A stretch of 64,000 nucleotides of DNA, from positions 32,001-96,000 of the forward strand of contig JBDRPD010000083.1 in NCBI GenBank assembly GCA_043827405.1, written 5' to 3'. Below the pieces are notes generated by a model that was not told where the DNA came from, made no database searches, and was given only the letters and a program-made list of their open reading frames with translations. Source of the stretch: Elusimicrobiota bacterium (lineage in GTDB: Bacteria > Elusimicrobiota > Elusimicrobia > UBA1565). A program made the translations under genes and the position numbers. Positions 1 through 9,920 of this stretch are shown here, one piece after another. The stretch's first letter is position 1, and each line of letters opens with the position of its first letter.

Positions 1-1
1 C

Positions 2-286
2 GGCGCCGGACATCTGGCCTGCACCTTCGTCAGCCTGCTGGGTCTGGGTAAATACATCGAGTTTGTGGCCGACGATCATCCGTACAAGAAGGGGATGTTC
101 ATGCCGGGCTCGAAGCTGCCGATTATGGGCTCCATGGCGCTGCTGGACCGCGGCGTCCGTCTTTGCCTGCTTAGTCTTAACCCGAATAATGAGGAGGCGG
201 TGATAAGCAACAACCGCGAATTTGTTGACCGGGGGGGAGAGTTCTTTTCGATCTTTCCGGCCAGCAAGCGCGCGCTGAAACCCTGA
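2..286 (+). CDS. C-terminal part of a SAM-dependent sugar C-methyltransferase-like protein (5'-truncated by the window)
   Basis: Frame from base 2 reads GAGHLACTFVSLLGL...VADDHPYKKGMFMPGSKLPI, typical of the C-methyltransferase C-terminal domain; glycan-cluster context. Confidence 0.65.
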   Translation, partial: GAGHLACTFVSLLGLGKYIEFVADDHPYKKGMFMPGSKLPIMGSMALLDRGVRLCLLSLNPNNEEAVISNNREFVDRGGEFFSIFPASKRALKP

Positions 287-291
287 CCCGT

Positions 292-2070
292 ATGCGAGCC
301 TTTAGATTTATCCGCGAGATCTATAATAAATTTCCCGTCCTGCTTGTCGCCTGTATATCCCTCTGGGTTATGGTCGGCGTTTTCGAGGCGGCCGCCATCT
401 TTTCGGTCGCTCCGGTAGTCGATTTGCTTATTCATCCGGAGTTGGAAGGCGCGAGTCCCCTAACTGTGAGTCTGGTCGGTATTCTTGAGCGAGTCGGGCT
501 GTCCGCTACGCTGGCGACGGTGCTGGGTGTTTTCGTCGTCTTTAGCTTGTTTAAGAGCCTTTTTCAGCTCTTCGCCCGGCATCTTATCCTGCGCGCGAAA
601 TACGCGGTCCAGCAGGATTTGATAGTCGGGACGTTTCACGATTTTTTCCATGCCCGCTGGCACTTCTTCGCCAGTGATCGGCAGGGCAAGCTGCTCAACA
701 CCTTCATCCGTGAGATGGGCGTCGTCGGTAACGCTTTCGGTGCGATGGCATTGTTCTTCGCGGCGCTGCTGCAGCTCGTTATGTATATGGCCGTTCCGCT
801 GTACTTATCGTGGAGGATCACCGCGGTCAGCACCGCCGCGACGCTGATCTTCGGGGCGCCTTTTTTGCTTTTGGGCGGCATCAGCTACCGCCTGGGTAAG
901 CGCAATACATCCACCGCCAATGATCTGTCTTCGGTCATTAGCGAGAGTTTAAGCGCGGTGAAGATCATCCTCGGCTTCGGCAATCCCGACAAGAACGTCG
1001 AAATGGTCGACCGGACCTACGACGCGCACCGCCGAGTGACTCTCATTTCCCAGACCCTGGACGTGGGGATTCCGATCCTGTACCTTCCCATCGGGCTGTC
1101 CATTATGGCGGTCGCCCTCATCGCCGGCAGGCGCTGGGGGGTGCCGCTGGCCGAATCGGCCGCCGTTTTGTATTCCTTGCTGCGGATGGTCCCTGTTATT
1201 GGCCAGGTTCTGCAGCAGAAGACCTCCCTTGATAATTTTTTTCCCAGCTACGAGCAGGTCTTAAGCTTGCGCCGGCGAGCCACAGAACTGCGCCAGGAAT
1301 CAGGCGCGCGGCTCTTCATCGGGATGAACAGCGAGATTCGACTGCATGGCGTGAGCTTCGCCCACCCCGGGAATGAGCCCATCCTGCGCGGCATCGATCT
1401 CGTGGTTCCTAAAGAAAAAATGATCGCCATCGTCGGTGAATCCGGCGCCGGCAAATCATCCCTGATCGATCTGATCATGGGCTTCCACCCCCCGACCGCG
1501 GGAAAAATAACGGTAGACGGGACGCCGCTGCCCGCGTTCGATATCTACTCGTACCGGCGGCGGATCGGTTATGTGCCGCAGGAAAGCGTCCTGTTTAATA
1601 TGAGCATCCGCGACAATCTGCAGTGGGCCAAGGAAGACGCGTCGCAGGAGGAGATCGAGAAGGCCTGCCAGCAGGCGAACGCCGCCGGCTTCATTAAGGA
1701 TCTGCCGGAAGGCTATGCTACCATCGTCGGCGACCGCGGTGTCCGGCTCTCGGGCGGGCAGGTCCAGCGCGTGGCGTTGGCCCGGGCGATACTGCGCAAG
1801 CCGGATCTGCTGATCCTCGATGAGGCGACAAGCGCTCTGGATACGAAGTCCGAGCGCATGATTCAGCAGTCGATCGAGGAGTTGGCCAAGAAAACCACTC
1901 TTATTGTGGTGGCGCACCGGCTGTCGACCATTGTCCAGGCGGATTATATTTACGTCCTGGGCAAGAGCGGCTTGGTTGAGGAAGGGAGCTACGCCGAGCT
2001 GATGGCCAAGAAGGGGCTTTTCGCGCGCATGGCGGAATACCAGGAGCTCAGCGATCCGCAGGCCGCTTAG
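292..2070 (+). CDS. ABC transporter permease/ATP-binding fusion (MsbA/PglK-like, possible glycolipid flippase)
   Basis: N-terminal TM helices; Walker A GESGAGKS, signature LSGGQ, Walker B ILDEATS, H-loop AHRL. Confidence 0.9.
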   Translation: MRAFRFIREIYNKFPVLLVACISLWVMVGVFEAAAIFSVAPVVDLLIHPELEGASPLTVSLVGILERVGLSATLATVLGVFVVFSLFKSLFQLFARHLILRAKYAVQQDLIVGTFHDFFHARWHFFASDRQGKLLNTFIREMGVVGNAFGAMALFFAALLQLVMYMAVPLYLSWRITAVSTAATLIFGAPFLLLGGISYRLGKRNTSTANDLSSVISESLSAVKIILGFGNPDKNVEMVDRTYDAHRRVTLISQTLDVGIPILYLPIGLSIMAVALIAGRRWGVPLAESAAVLYSLLRMVPVIGQVLQQKTSLDNFFPSYEQVLSLRRRATELRQESGARLFIGMNSEIRLHGVSFAHPGNEPILRGIDLVVPKEKMIAIVGESGAGKSSLIDLIMGFHPPTAGKITVDGTPLPAFDIYSYRRRIGYVPQESVLFNMSIRDNLQWAKEDASQEEIEKACQQANAAGFIKDLPEGYATIVGDRGVRLSGGQVQRVALARAILRKPDLLILDEATSALDTKSERMIQQSIEELAKKTTLIVVAHRLSTIVQADYIYVLGKSGLVEEGSYAELMAKKGLFARMAEYQELSDPQAA

Positions 2071-3739
2071 CGGCGGCGGGTTTTAAGCGCACAACTCGTC
2101 CGTAGTTCGGTAGCATCGTCACTTCGGCTCCGAGTTCGATTAGGTGGTCTATGTATGGCCGGATGTGGCCGTCGTAACGTAGGCGCAGATTCGTCGCGCT
2201 GCCGATGATTTCCACCATGGCCTGTGATTCGAATACGCAGTCAATGCGCTCGGGGCGCAGCCCGGCATAGCCGGGATCGCCCAAATGTCCGAACGGCGGG
2301 ATTTCCCAGGGATCGTACAGGCGCTCGATCGGCACGTCGAGGAAGGCGCCGAAGAAGAGGATTTCCTGCGATAGGATTCCCCCGCATCCGTGCGCCAGGC
2401 GCCGCAGTTCCTGGTACGGGATGTTCCTGGAGCTCGGCTTCTTCCGAATGACGGTGAGGCTGCCGGGGTCGCGCACGGCCTCCTGCGCGATGGCGGGCCA
2501 GCGCAGTCCGCCGTCAGACAGCAGCAGCAGGCTGAGCGGCATTGCGGCCGCCGCGCCCAAGCGGCTTCCTTTCGCGTGCAGCTTGTCCCGCAGTCGCGCA
2601 CCCAGCGAGGCCGCGATGGCGATCAGCACCGGGATCCAGGGGATGAAGTAGCGCGTTTTGGCCAGCACGAGCGCGGTCGTCGAGATCACCGCCACGCAGC
2701 CGGTGTAGAATAGGAATTCGTCCGGTGACCAGGTGCGCCAGGCAAAAAGGGTGAAGGTGAAAAGGACGAGAAAGGCGGCGGCGTGGGCATGCGGAACAAA
2801 GCCGAGCAGCTTGGGGAGCATCGTGATGAGTACGGAGTGGTAGGGCAGCTCCAATAGATTGCGCCATATCTGGCGGATAACGAATTTAGGATTGGCCTGT
2901 ACGGCGGCCGGCAGAGTCTCAGCTCCGGCAAACAGCTCCTGGTTGGTGAAGTAGAAGTCATGTCCTTCGAACGTGCCGTAGCGCGATTCGATATATTTCC
3001 AGTTTTGTCCTTGAATAAATGCCGCGTTCGTCAGGCCGTGCGCGGCTCCCGGCATCCATCTGGCTGTCGCGAACTGCGCGTTGTTCCAGCGATGAGTGGA
3101 GGGGGAAGCGCTAAGCGCGACGGCCAGGAGCAGCGCCAGTCCAAGCGGCAAGTCTTCGCGCCGGGGGAGTAGGTTTTTCAGCCGGTGCTGACGCCAAAGG
3201 CGGTAGAGGTCGAGCATTATGAACAGTAGTATGAGCAGAATGAATGTGGTGCGCAGGAGGGCGGCGCCAACAAGCAAAGCGTAGGACCAGGACCCCGGTC
3301 CGCGTGTGTCCTTGCCGCGCAGCACCAGCGCGAGGCAGCAGAGCGCAAGGCACAGCGGCTGCGTCGGCGGAGGCGACGCAGCGATAAACGGGAGCCAGAG
3401 TACCGCGGCGAATACCGCCATTTTCCCGCCGACGAACCGGCGGGCAAAAAGCGCTATTGCGCCGCCGGCCAGCGTCAGGGTGACGATGCGCTCGAGCAGG
3501 TATCCGAAGGGAAAGCCGAGTCCCCAAAACGGCAGTAGATAGAGAACGTACAGCGGGCTGCGTCCCGGGTTAACCATGCCGCCCGTTTCCCACAGCACGC
3601 GCGCGAAAAACCAGTAGCCTCGCGCCTCATTCCCCGGGTCCCGAATGAGCGGTATGGCCAGCATCGCGAGCAGGGCGATGGCACCCAAAGCCGGCAGGCC
3701 GTGCCGCCGGTTCAATCGTCGCGGCAAAAGCGCCTCCAT
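2048..3739 (-). CDS. Polytopic membrane protein, GT-C-like glycosyltransferase candidate (start uncertain, 3739 or 3715)
   Basis: Many hydrophobic segments, GRSPLY early loop, RYFIP motif, soluble C-terminal domain; glycan-cluster context. Confidence 0.5.
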   Translation of the reverse strand: MEALLPRRLNRRHGLPALGAIALLAMLAIPLIRDPGNEARGYWFFARVLWETGGMVNPGRSPLYVLYLLPFWGLGFPFGYLLERIVTLTLAGGAIALFARRFVGGKMAVFAAVLWLPFIAASPPPTQPLCLALCCLALVLRGKDTRGPGSWSYALLVGAALLRTTFILLILLFIMLDLYRLWRQHRLKNLLPRREDLPLGLALLLAVALSASPSTHRWNNAQFATARWMPGAAHGLTNAAFIQGQNWKYIESRYGTFEGHDFYFTNQELFAGAETLPAAVQANPKFVIRQIWRNLLELPYHSVLITMLPKLLGFVPHAHAAAFLVLFTFTLFAWRTWSPDEFLFYTGCVAVISTTALVLAKTRYFIPWIPVLIAIAASLGARLRDKLHAKGSRLGAAAAMPLSLLLLSDGGLRWPAIAQEAVRDPGSLTVIRKKPSSRNIPYQELRRLAHGCGGILSQEILFFGAFLDVPIERLYDPWEIPPFGHLGDPGYAGLRPERIDCVFESQAMVEIIGSATNLRLRYDGHIRPYIDHLIELGAEVTMLPNYGRVVRLKPAAAKRPADR

Positions 3740-4578
3740 TTTATCTTCGATTCCGGCATCTCCGGGGGCCGGTGTGCGCTCTTTTCTCCGATCAAGCGGT
3801 CGATCTGATCTGGAAATATCGGCGCAGCGCCGCAAGCGGCCGCGAGGCGCACGAATGCGGCCAATAACGGCAGCCAAATGGGGATCGGGACGGCCCCCCA
3901 GCGCTGGGAAATCCGTCGAGCCAAGGCGGCGCCGTCGAACTCCTCGGGGCCGCAGATTTCATGGATATGCTCGCCATCCTCAGGGTGAGTCATTATACGG
4001 GTGCAGATCTCCGCGAAATCATCCGCATGGACCGGAGCAAAACGGATATTCCGGTGCCCGAGCAGCATCGGCACGATTCGCCACTTGCGCGCCAATGCCA
4101 CCAAGCGGTCCACACCCTCCGTGCCGTCCGCCGCGTAAACTTCAGCCGGTCGCAGGATGGTCAGGCTCCTCCAGGAAAGTCGTCTGAGCGAGTCCTCGGC
4201 TTGCCGCTTCGAATCGCCGTACGCTCCTGAGCCGCGGCCGATGCAGCGCGTACTGAGGTAAAGCATACGCTCACAGCCGGCGCCTTGGACGGCGGCGGCC
4301 AGCCGTTCGGTTCCCCGCAGGTTCACCTCGGTGTAGGCGGTAAAGTCCGCGGCATGTGTTATCCCCGCGAAGTGAACGCAGCGTTGCGGACGCAGACCGC
4401 GAGGAAGGAGGGGGCGGCGGCGTAGATCGAGAGGAAAGGACTTTACTTGCGGATGGCTCAGCGGCGGAGGATGGCGATGCACGCCGCACCAAATGCGAAC
4501 ATCCGGCACGCGCTCAAGGTAGCGGCTCAGCACCTGCGCCCCGAGCTTTGAAGAGGCTCCTGTCCAAACTATATCCAT
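3712..4578 (-). CDS. NAD-dependent epimerase/dehydratase (extended SDR)
   Basis: TGASSKLG nucleotide-binding motif, HFAG, YGDSK (YxxxK), LRPAEVY. Confidence 0.85.
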   Translation of the reverse strand: MDIVWTGASSKLGAQVLSRYLERVPDVRIWCGVHRHPPPLSHPQVKSFPLDLRRRPLLPRGLRPQRCVHFAGITHAADFTAYTEVNLRGTERLAAAVQGAGCERMLYLSTRCIGRGSGAYGDSKRQAEDSLRRLSWRSLTILRPAEVYAADGTEGVDRLVALARKWRIVPMLLGHRNIRFAPVHADDFAEICTRIMTHPEDGEHIHEICGPEEFDGAALARRISQRWGAVPIPIWLPLLAAFVRLAAACGAAPIFPDQIDRLIGEKSAHRPPEMPESKIKWRRFCRDD

Positions 4579-4633
4579 AATCCGAACATGCTCCCTGACG
4601 GGCGCTGCGGCAGGATATAGTACGATATCTGCT

Positions 4634-5404
4634 GTGAATAAAGATGTCGATGGGCCGGTGCCGTTTCTCTCGTTAGTCGTCCTTTGTTACCGCAGCGAGG
4701 AGTCCGTTGTCCCATTTGTTGAGCGCATCGTAAAGATGCTCTCGTTCTGCAATTTTACCTACGAATTGATCTTGGTCGGGAATTACCTTGAGGGCAGCGA
4801 CGATCGCACCCCCGAGGTCGTTCGTGATCTCGCCAACCATTTCGCGCAGGTGCGCGCGATCACGCTACCGAAATCGGGCATGATGGGCTGGGACATGCGT
4901 TCCGGTATGGATGCCGCGCGCGGGAAGTATGTGTGTATTATCGACGGGGACGGGCAGTTCCCCCTTGAATCCGTCCTCACCTGCCTGATTAAGATCGACA
5001 CAGAAAACTACGACCTAGTAAAAACATACCGCGTGCGCCGCGAAGACGGGCTGTATCGCAGGATCATCTCAACCGTATACAACGCGATCTTTCGGCTGCT
5101 GTTTAAGACTAACTACTACGACGTTAACTCGAAGCCTAAAATTATTCGCCGGGAGCAATACGTGGATCTCGCGCTGCAGTCGGATGATTGGTTTACCGAC
5201 GCTGAAATTATGATCCGTGCGACGGAGATCGGCTTGCGCGTCGCTGAAATTCCGATCCATTTCTACCGTATTGAAGAGCGCTCCTCGTTCGTCAGGCCAA
5301 GCGCCATATTTGAGTTCCTGAAGAATTTGTGGGATTATCGTTTTCGTCGGCCGCCGGCGCGCTCAGGCGCGCGCGGCGACAAAATATTGGGCGCCAAGCG
5401 GTAG
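4634..5404 (+). CDS. Family 2 glycosyltransferase (polyprenol-phosphate glycosyltransferase-like)
   Basis: LSLVVLCY, GSDDRT, IIDGDGQFP (DxD), EIPIHF. Confidence 0.85.
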   Translation: MNKDVDGPVPFLSLVVLCYRSEESVVPFVERIVKMLSFCNFTYELILVGNYLEGSDDRTPEVVRDLANHFAQVRAITLPKSGMMGWDMRSGMDAARGKYVCIIDGDGQFPLESVLTCLIKIDTENYDLVKTYRVRREDGLYRRIISTVYNAIFRLLFKTNYYDVNSKPKIIRREQYVDLALQSDDWFTDAEIMIRATEIGLRVAEIPIHFYRIEERSSFVRPSAIFEFLKNLWDYRFRRPPARSGARGDKILGAKR

Positions 5405-6049
5405 CCTGCGCAGGCCGTGTTCGATAATTTCAAAGAGCCTGCCGCGCCAGGGGAAGAACAGGAAGTACGCGCGGTCGATCAGCGACAGGCCCGCCGCACG
5501 GAACAGGTCCCGCACCTCCGTCATCCTGAGCAGGATCGCATCCTCATCGAATGGGCAGGCTTGCACGACCTTGGCGGTTATGGGGTTGAGCGGGTTGTGC
5601 TCAAAAATCAAAATCAGCCCGCCAGGACGAACCGCCCGGCGCATTTCCCGTATAGCGGCCAGCCGCGCCTTCGGCGCGATGTGGTGCAGCACGTTGATCG
5701 CGAATATTAGATCGAATGTCGCGTCGGGAAACGGGATGGAACTCCCGTCGTAGCACCGGTAATCCACGGACGGGTTCGTTGCGGCCGCCACCTCGATGAC
5801 GCCGGGGGCGACGTCTACTCCATGCAGCATTTTTATGCTTGCCGCGACGTACGTGTCGGTAGCGCCGATTCCACAACCGAGGTCGAGCGCGCGGAGGTCC
5901 TTGACTGAGCCGAAGAATTTACGCGCTTCGTTGATGAGAATCCGCGCCTTCATTTCGGTAAAAAAGGAGGAGTCTTGACCGCTGAAGGCGATTTGCTCGT
6001 CGAGCGTCCGGCGATAATTGTCTTTGAAGTGGTCGAAATCGGTGGACAT
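5363..6049 (-). CDS. Class I SAM-dependent methyltransferase
   Basis: LDLGCGIG motif I, FDLIF, VLHHI, RPGG. Confidence 0.9.
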   Translation of the reverse strand: MSTDFDHFKDNYRRTLDEQIAFSGQDSSFFTEMKARILINEARKFFGSVKDLRALDLGCGIGATDTYVAASIKMLHGVDVAPGVIEVAAATNPSVDYRCYDGSSIPFPDATFDLIFAINVLHHIAPKARLAAIREMRRAVRPGGLILIFEHNPLNPITAKVVQACPFDEDAILLRMTEVRDLFRAAGLSLIDRAYFLFFPWRGRLFEIIEHGLRRLPLGAQYFVAARA

Positions 6050-6053
6050 CGGG

Positions 6054-7739
6054 CTATCGGGACCGCCGCGGCGCGGGAGCGCCGATGAGTGGTATGGGCG
6101 CGGTCCTTCGGTGCAGGGTGGCTGAGATCGTATCGGTCAGCTGGAAAGTGGGTCCAGGGATGAACGGCAGGCGGCGGTCTCGCAGCAGTTCTCGAATCTG
6201 CGTCTCCAGGCGGCGAACGTCTTCCTTCAATATGCCGTCCGGCAGGCCGTCCACCAGCAGTAGATGGTCGACGTCCTTGTCCCGCAGGCGGGCGAGGGTC
6301 CGCTCGACACGCGTTTCGTTGTATCCATAGCTGACGAACCTGAGCGGATAGTTCCGGCGCGCGCTGAAATAGTTGAGATTGTTGGAGTTTAGGTATCCGA
6401 TTTCTGTGCCGAGGGCCACTTTTGTTTCTTGTTTTCCCGTCTCGCGCCAGATCCAATCAACAAGTTCCTGCTGGCGCCAAAGTCCTTCCCGCTGAGGTGG
6501 TCCGCTGTAGGTGCTGCCCGGCTTCAGGAAGGACGCCGGCCCGATCTGGACGGCAGGAAAAAGCTTCACGCCAAAAGTCTGCAGTGCGTAGCCAGCCGCG
6601 GGGATCGCAAAAAACAGGCTTAGGAGCGCGGCGCGCAGGCGCGAGTTTCGCGTTAGCAGATCGAGGCCGCCGGCTAGCAGCAGGGAGAAGGCCGGCAGCG
6701 CCGGAGTCATGAAGCGGATGGCCTTGTTGACGCCGACGGTGCCGAAAAACAACGGAACGAGCAGCCAGGACAGGAGCAGGCTCAGGGAGGAGTTGGAAAT
6801 CAATAGGGGGAGCGGCCGCAGGCCGCGGCGATGCCGGTAGAGGAGCGCGGCGGCGACTGCGGCCGACGCAAGGAAATAGTAATAGGACAGGCCGTTTTCG
6901 ATCAGCTTGTGCCAGTAGCCGAAAAGGACGGCGGGGTTGAATACCCGCGTGTCACCGTAGTGCGCCGCGACCTTGCCGAAGCTGGCCATATAGATGTAGC
7001 CGGCCGTGTAGATCAAATTGTGGGCGTACCAGGTCAGGGCGATCAACCCGCTTATTGCGACGATGGTCTTTAGCGGCGGCTCAACCGCGCGGAGGAAGCC
7101 GCCGCGCGACTCACGCCAGCGGCGCCACAGAACGTCGGCAAGGGCGCCGATGACGAACATGGGGAAAAGCACTTTGAGCAGCAGCCCCGCGCCGGCCAGC
7201 GCGCCGACGGCTCGGACATGGGTCCGTCGCCGCAGCCCGTCGGAGGCGGCGAGATGGTAGGTGACTGCGGACACCACCGCCGTTAGTGCGATTTCAACGA
7301 AGAAGCGGTGGGTGAGCCCGGCGATGAGCGGCAGCGTCAGGGTTATTAGCACCGCCAGCAGTCCGGCGGTCTGGGAAAATAGGCGCCGGCCGAGGAGAAA
7401 CACATAGCCGCCGAGCATGATGGTCGCGGCGAGGTTGACTAGAAGCGCCGTATCGTGCGATGGCCCGAAGAGAAAGAAGGGCGGCAGCGCCAGAACCGAG
7501 ATCAGGGGAGCCTTGAAGAGGAAGGCGGAGGCGTAAGCGCGGTAGAACGCGGCTGGCCCGTTATCGCGCAGGGCGTAATAGAGCTTGCAGGCGATTTCAA
7601 GATACCAGGCGTCGTCGAAGGTCGGGGGGTGCGTTTCGGCGTGAAAATACCACAGATTGATAGCGCAGCAGATTATGACGGCCGCGGCGGCCCCGGCGGC
7701 GGGGGAAATGCGTCCAATGCGATGGCGGACTGAAGTCAT
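6054..7739 (-). CDS. ArnT/PMT-like (GT-C) membrane glycosyltransferase
   Basis: PTFDDAWY loop after first TM, KAPL, GLLLK, RFMTPALP; many TM segments. Confidence 0.75.
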   Translation of the reverse strand: MTSVRHRIGRISPAAGAAAAVIICCAINLWYFHAETHPPTFDDAWYLEIACKLYYALRDNGPAAFYRAYASAFLFKAPLISVLALPPFFLFGPSHDTALLVNLAATIMLGGYVFLLGRRLFSQTAGLLAVLITLTLPLIAGLTHRFFVEIALTAVVSAVTYHLAASDGLRRRTHVRAVGALAGAGLLLKVLFPMFVIGALADVLWRRWRESRGGFLRAVEPPLKTIVAISGLIALTWYAHNLIYTAGYIYMASFGKVAAHYGDTRVFNPAVLFGYWHKLIENGLSYYYFLASAAVAAALLYRHRRGLRPLPLLISNSSLSLLLSWLLVPLFFGTVGVNKAIRFMTPALPAFSLLLAGGLDLLTRNSRLRAALLSLFFAIPAAGYALQTFGVKLFPAVQIGPASFLKPGSTYSGPPQREGLWRQQELVDWIWRETGKQETKVALGTEIGYLNSNNLNYFSARRNYPLRFVSYGYNETRVERTLARLRDKDVDHLLLVDGLPDGILKEDVRRLETQIRELLRDRRLPFIPGPTFQLTDTISATLHRRTAPIPLIGAPAPRRSR

Positions 7740-7754
7740 GTAGAATATGAAGGC

Positions 7755-8705
7755 GTGAGCATGATAGCAAAAGAGGGTTTACCGGTCGGTGAGCTGTGGC
7801 GACGAATGCTGTTGATCCGGCGCTTTGAAGAGAACCTGCTGCGGATGTTTGGGCAGGGCGAGATCTTCGGCACCACACACTGCTGTATCGGCCAAGAAGC
7901 CAACGCCGTTGGCATAGCCTCCTGCCTGCGGCCGGGTGATTTCGTGGTCAGCAACCACCGTTGCCATGGACACTATCTGGCGCGCACCGGTGATGTGGAG
8001 GGGCTGCTCGCGGAGATGATGGGACGGTCGGCGGGGGTCGTCGGCGGCAGAGGGGGGTCTCAGCATCTGCACGCAGAGAACTTTATTTCGAATGGAATCC
8101 TCGGCGGCGGCACGCCTATCGCGGTCGGAACCGCGCTCGCGCATAAACTGGAAAAATCCGATGCGGCAACAGTTTGCTTTATTGGTGATGGGACTTTCGG
8201 CGAAGGGGTTCTCTACGAAGCGCTTAACATGGCATCCTTGTGGGGGGTACCGGTCCTTTTTGTGGTTGAGAATAACCATTATTCACAATCGACGCCGATC
8301 ATGAAAAACCTGGCGGGGAGTCTGCGCGGGCGTTTCGACGCTTTCGGGATTGCGGCGCAGGAGATCGAGAGCTTCGATGTGGCGGAGATTCGCAGCGCCG
8401 CTGATAAGCTTCTGGAAGATATGCGGCGGCGTGTCCGACCGGCGGCTTTACTCATAAGTACCTACCGTTTTTGTCACCATTCCAAGAACGATGACGCGCG
8501 CGATCCGGCGGAGGTCGCGCGGTGGAAAAAACGTGATCCCGTCGACGCCTTGCGGGAAACTGTCGACGCCGGCGAGCTCGAGCGGGCCGAACAGGAGATC
8601 GAGCAGCGCCTGAAACAGGCGGAGCGCGCGGCCAGCGAGAGCCCGGAGCCGGCGCTCACCGCGCGGCATCTTGATCCCTATTTTACCAGCGATGAGATAC
8701 GTTAA
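7755..8705 (+). CDS. TPP-dependent dehydrogenase E1 alpha-like subunit (start may be 7761)
   Basis: GQEA, SNHRCHGH, GRGGSQH, GDG...NN TPP motif, TYRFCHHS. Confidence 0.92.
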   Translation: MSMIAKEGLPVGELWRRMLLIRRFEENLLRMFGQGEIFGTTHCCIGQEANAVGIASCLRPGDFVVSNHRCHGHYLARTGDVEGLLAEMMGRSAGVVGGRGGSQHLHAENFISNGILGGGTPIAVGTALAHKLEKSDAATVCFIGDGTFGEGVLYEALNMASLWGVPVLFVVENNHYSQSTPIMKNLAGSLRGRFDAFGIAAQEIESFDVAEIRSAADKLLEDMRRRVRPAALLISTYRFCHHSKNDDARDPAEVARWKKRDPVDALRETVDAGELERAEQEIEQRLKQAERAASESPEPALTARHLDPYFTSDEIR

Positions 8706-9705
8706 GCGGCTCAACGAGGCCTTGGCCGGCCTGCTCGCCGATGACCCCAAGATCGTGCTGCTGGGCGAAGATATCGCCGATCCTTACGGCGGCGCCTTCA
8801 AGGTTACCCGCGGCCTGTCTACGCGCTTCCCCGAGCGGGTATTCTCAACCCCGGTAAGCGAGGCCGGCTTTACCGGCGTCGCGGTCGGCCTGGCGCTTAA
8901 GGGCTTCAAGCCCGTCGTCGAGATTATGTTCGGCGACTTCATCACTCACTGCGCCGATCAGATAGTCAACCACGCGGCCAAGCTCGGCTGGTACCGCGAT
9001 CCCGAGCGCGGGGTGCCGCTGGTTTTTCGCACGCCGATGGGCGGCGGCCGCGGCTACGGCGCGACGCATTCGCAGTCCCTTGAGAAAATGTTTCTTGGCG
9101 TGCCGTTTGTGCATGTCGTCGCCGGCAATCTGCTGACCGATCCCGGCGATCTTCTCACGCAGGCGCTCCGGCTGGACCGGACCGTTCTCTTCATCGAACA
9201 TAAGCTGCATTACGGCAGGGAGTTGCTGGACGAAACCGCCGATGAGTTGGGCGCGTTTCGCATCACGATGACTACTGGAGACTTTCCGACAGCGACGATT
9301 GCGATCGCCGACGGCGCCGCGCCGCAGGCGACCTTGGTCGCCTATGGCGCGATGGCCGACCTTTGCCTTGAGGCTTCGCGCCGTCTGTTTGTTGAAGATG
9401 AGGTCGAAGCGGAAGTCGTGGTCCCGTCGCGGATTAAGCCTTTCCCGCTCGATCCGATCATGGCGTCCGTGCGGCGGACCGGCCGGCTCGTCGTCGTCGA
9501 GGAGGGGACGGAGGGCTTCGGCTGGGGCGCGCAGGTCGTCTGCACTTTGCTGGAGCGCGGCGCCGCGTTCGCCGCGCCGCCCAAGGCCATCGCCGCGGCG
9601 GCCTGCCCGCTGGCGGGCTCTCCGTATCTCGAGAAGATGCTCCTGCCGCGGACGGATGATATCGTCGCCGCGGTGCGGTCGATTATGGCAGGGAGGAAAT
9701 TATGA
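8692..9705 (+). CDS. TPP-dependent dehydrogenase E1 beta/transketolase C-terminal-like subunit
   Basis: LGEDI, GGAFKVTRGL, TPVSE, EIMFGDF, GATHSQS. Confidence 0.92.
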   Translation: MRYVKRLNEALAGLLADDPKIVLLGEDIADPYGGAFKVTRGLSTRFPERVFSTPVSEAGFTGVAVGLALKGFKPVVEIMFGDFITHCADQIVNHAAKLGWYRDPERGVPLVFRTPMGGGRGYGATHSQSLEKMFLGVPFVHVVAGNLLTDPGDLLTQALRLDRTVLFIEHKLHYGRELLDETADELGAFRITMTTGDFPTATIAIADGAAPQATLVAYGAMADLCLEASRRLFVEDEVEAEVVVPSRIKPFPLDPIMASVRRTGRLVVVEEGTEGFGWGAQVVCTLLERGAAFAAPPKAIAAAACPLAGSPYLEKMLLPRTDDIVAAVRSIMAGRKL

Positions 9706-9917
9706 GAAGCATGCGGATGGCCGGGCTTGCCGTGTCCATCTTCCTGGCCGGGGCGCTTCCCGCGCATGCCTATCTCGATCCCGGCTCCGGCAGCATGTAT
9801 CTGCAGCTGCTGCTGGGCGGGCTCGCCGGCATTGGCCTGGTTCTTAAGATATTCTGGGGAAATATCCTGGAGATGTTCGGCCTTGGCAGGAAGGACGACG
9901 ACGGCAAGGCCGAGTAG
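9702..9917 (+). CDS. Small membrane protein with YLDPGSGS motif
   Basis: Signal-like N-terminus ending AHA, then YLDPGSGS and a TM helix; ATGA coupling, GGAGG SD. Confidence 0.7.
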   Translation: MRSMRMAGLAVSIFLAGALPAHAYLDPGSGSMYLQLLLGGLAGIGLVLKIFWGNILEMFGLGRKDDDGKAE

Positions 9918-9920
9918 CGC

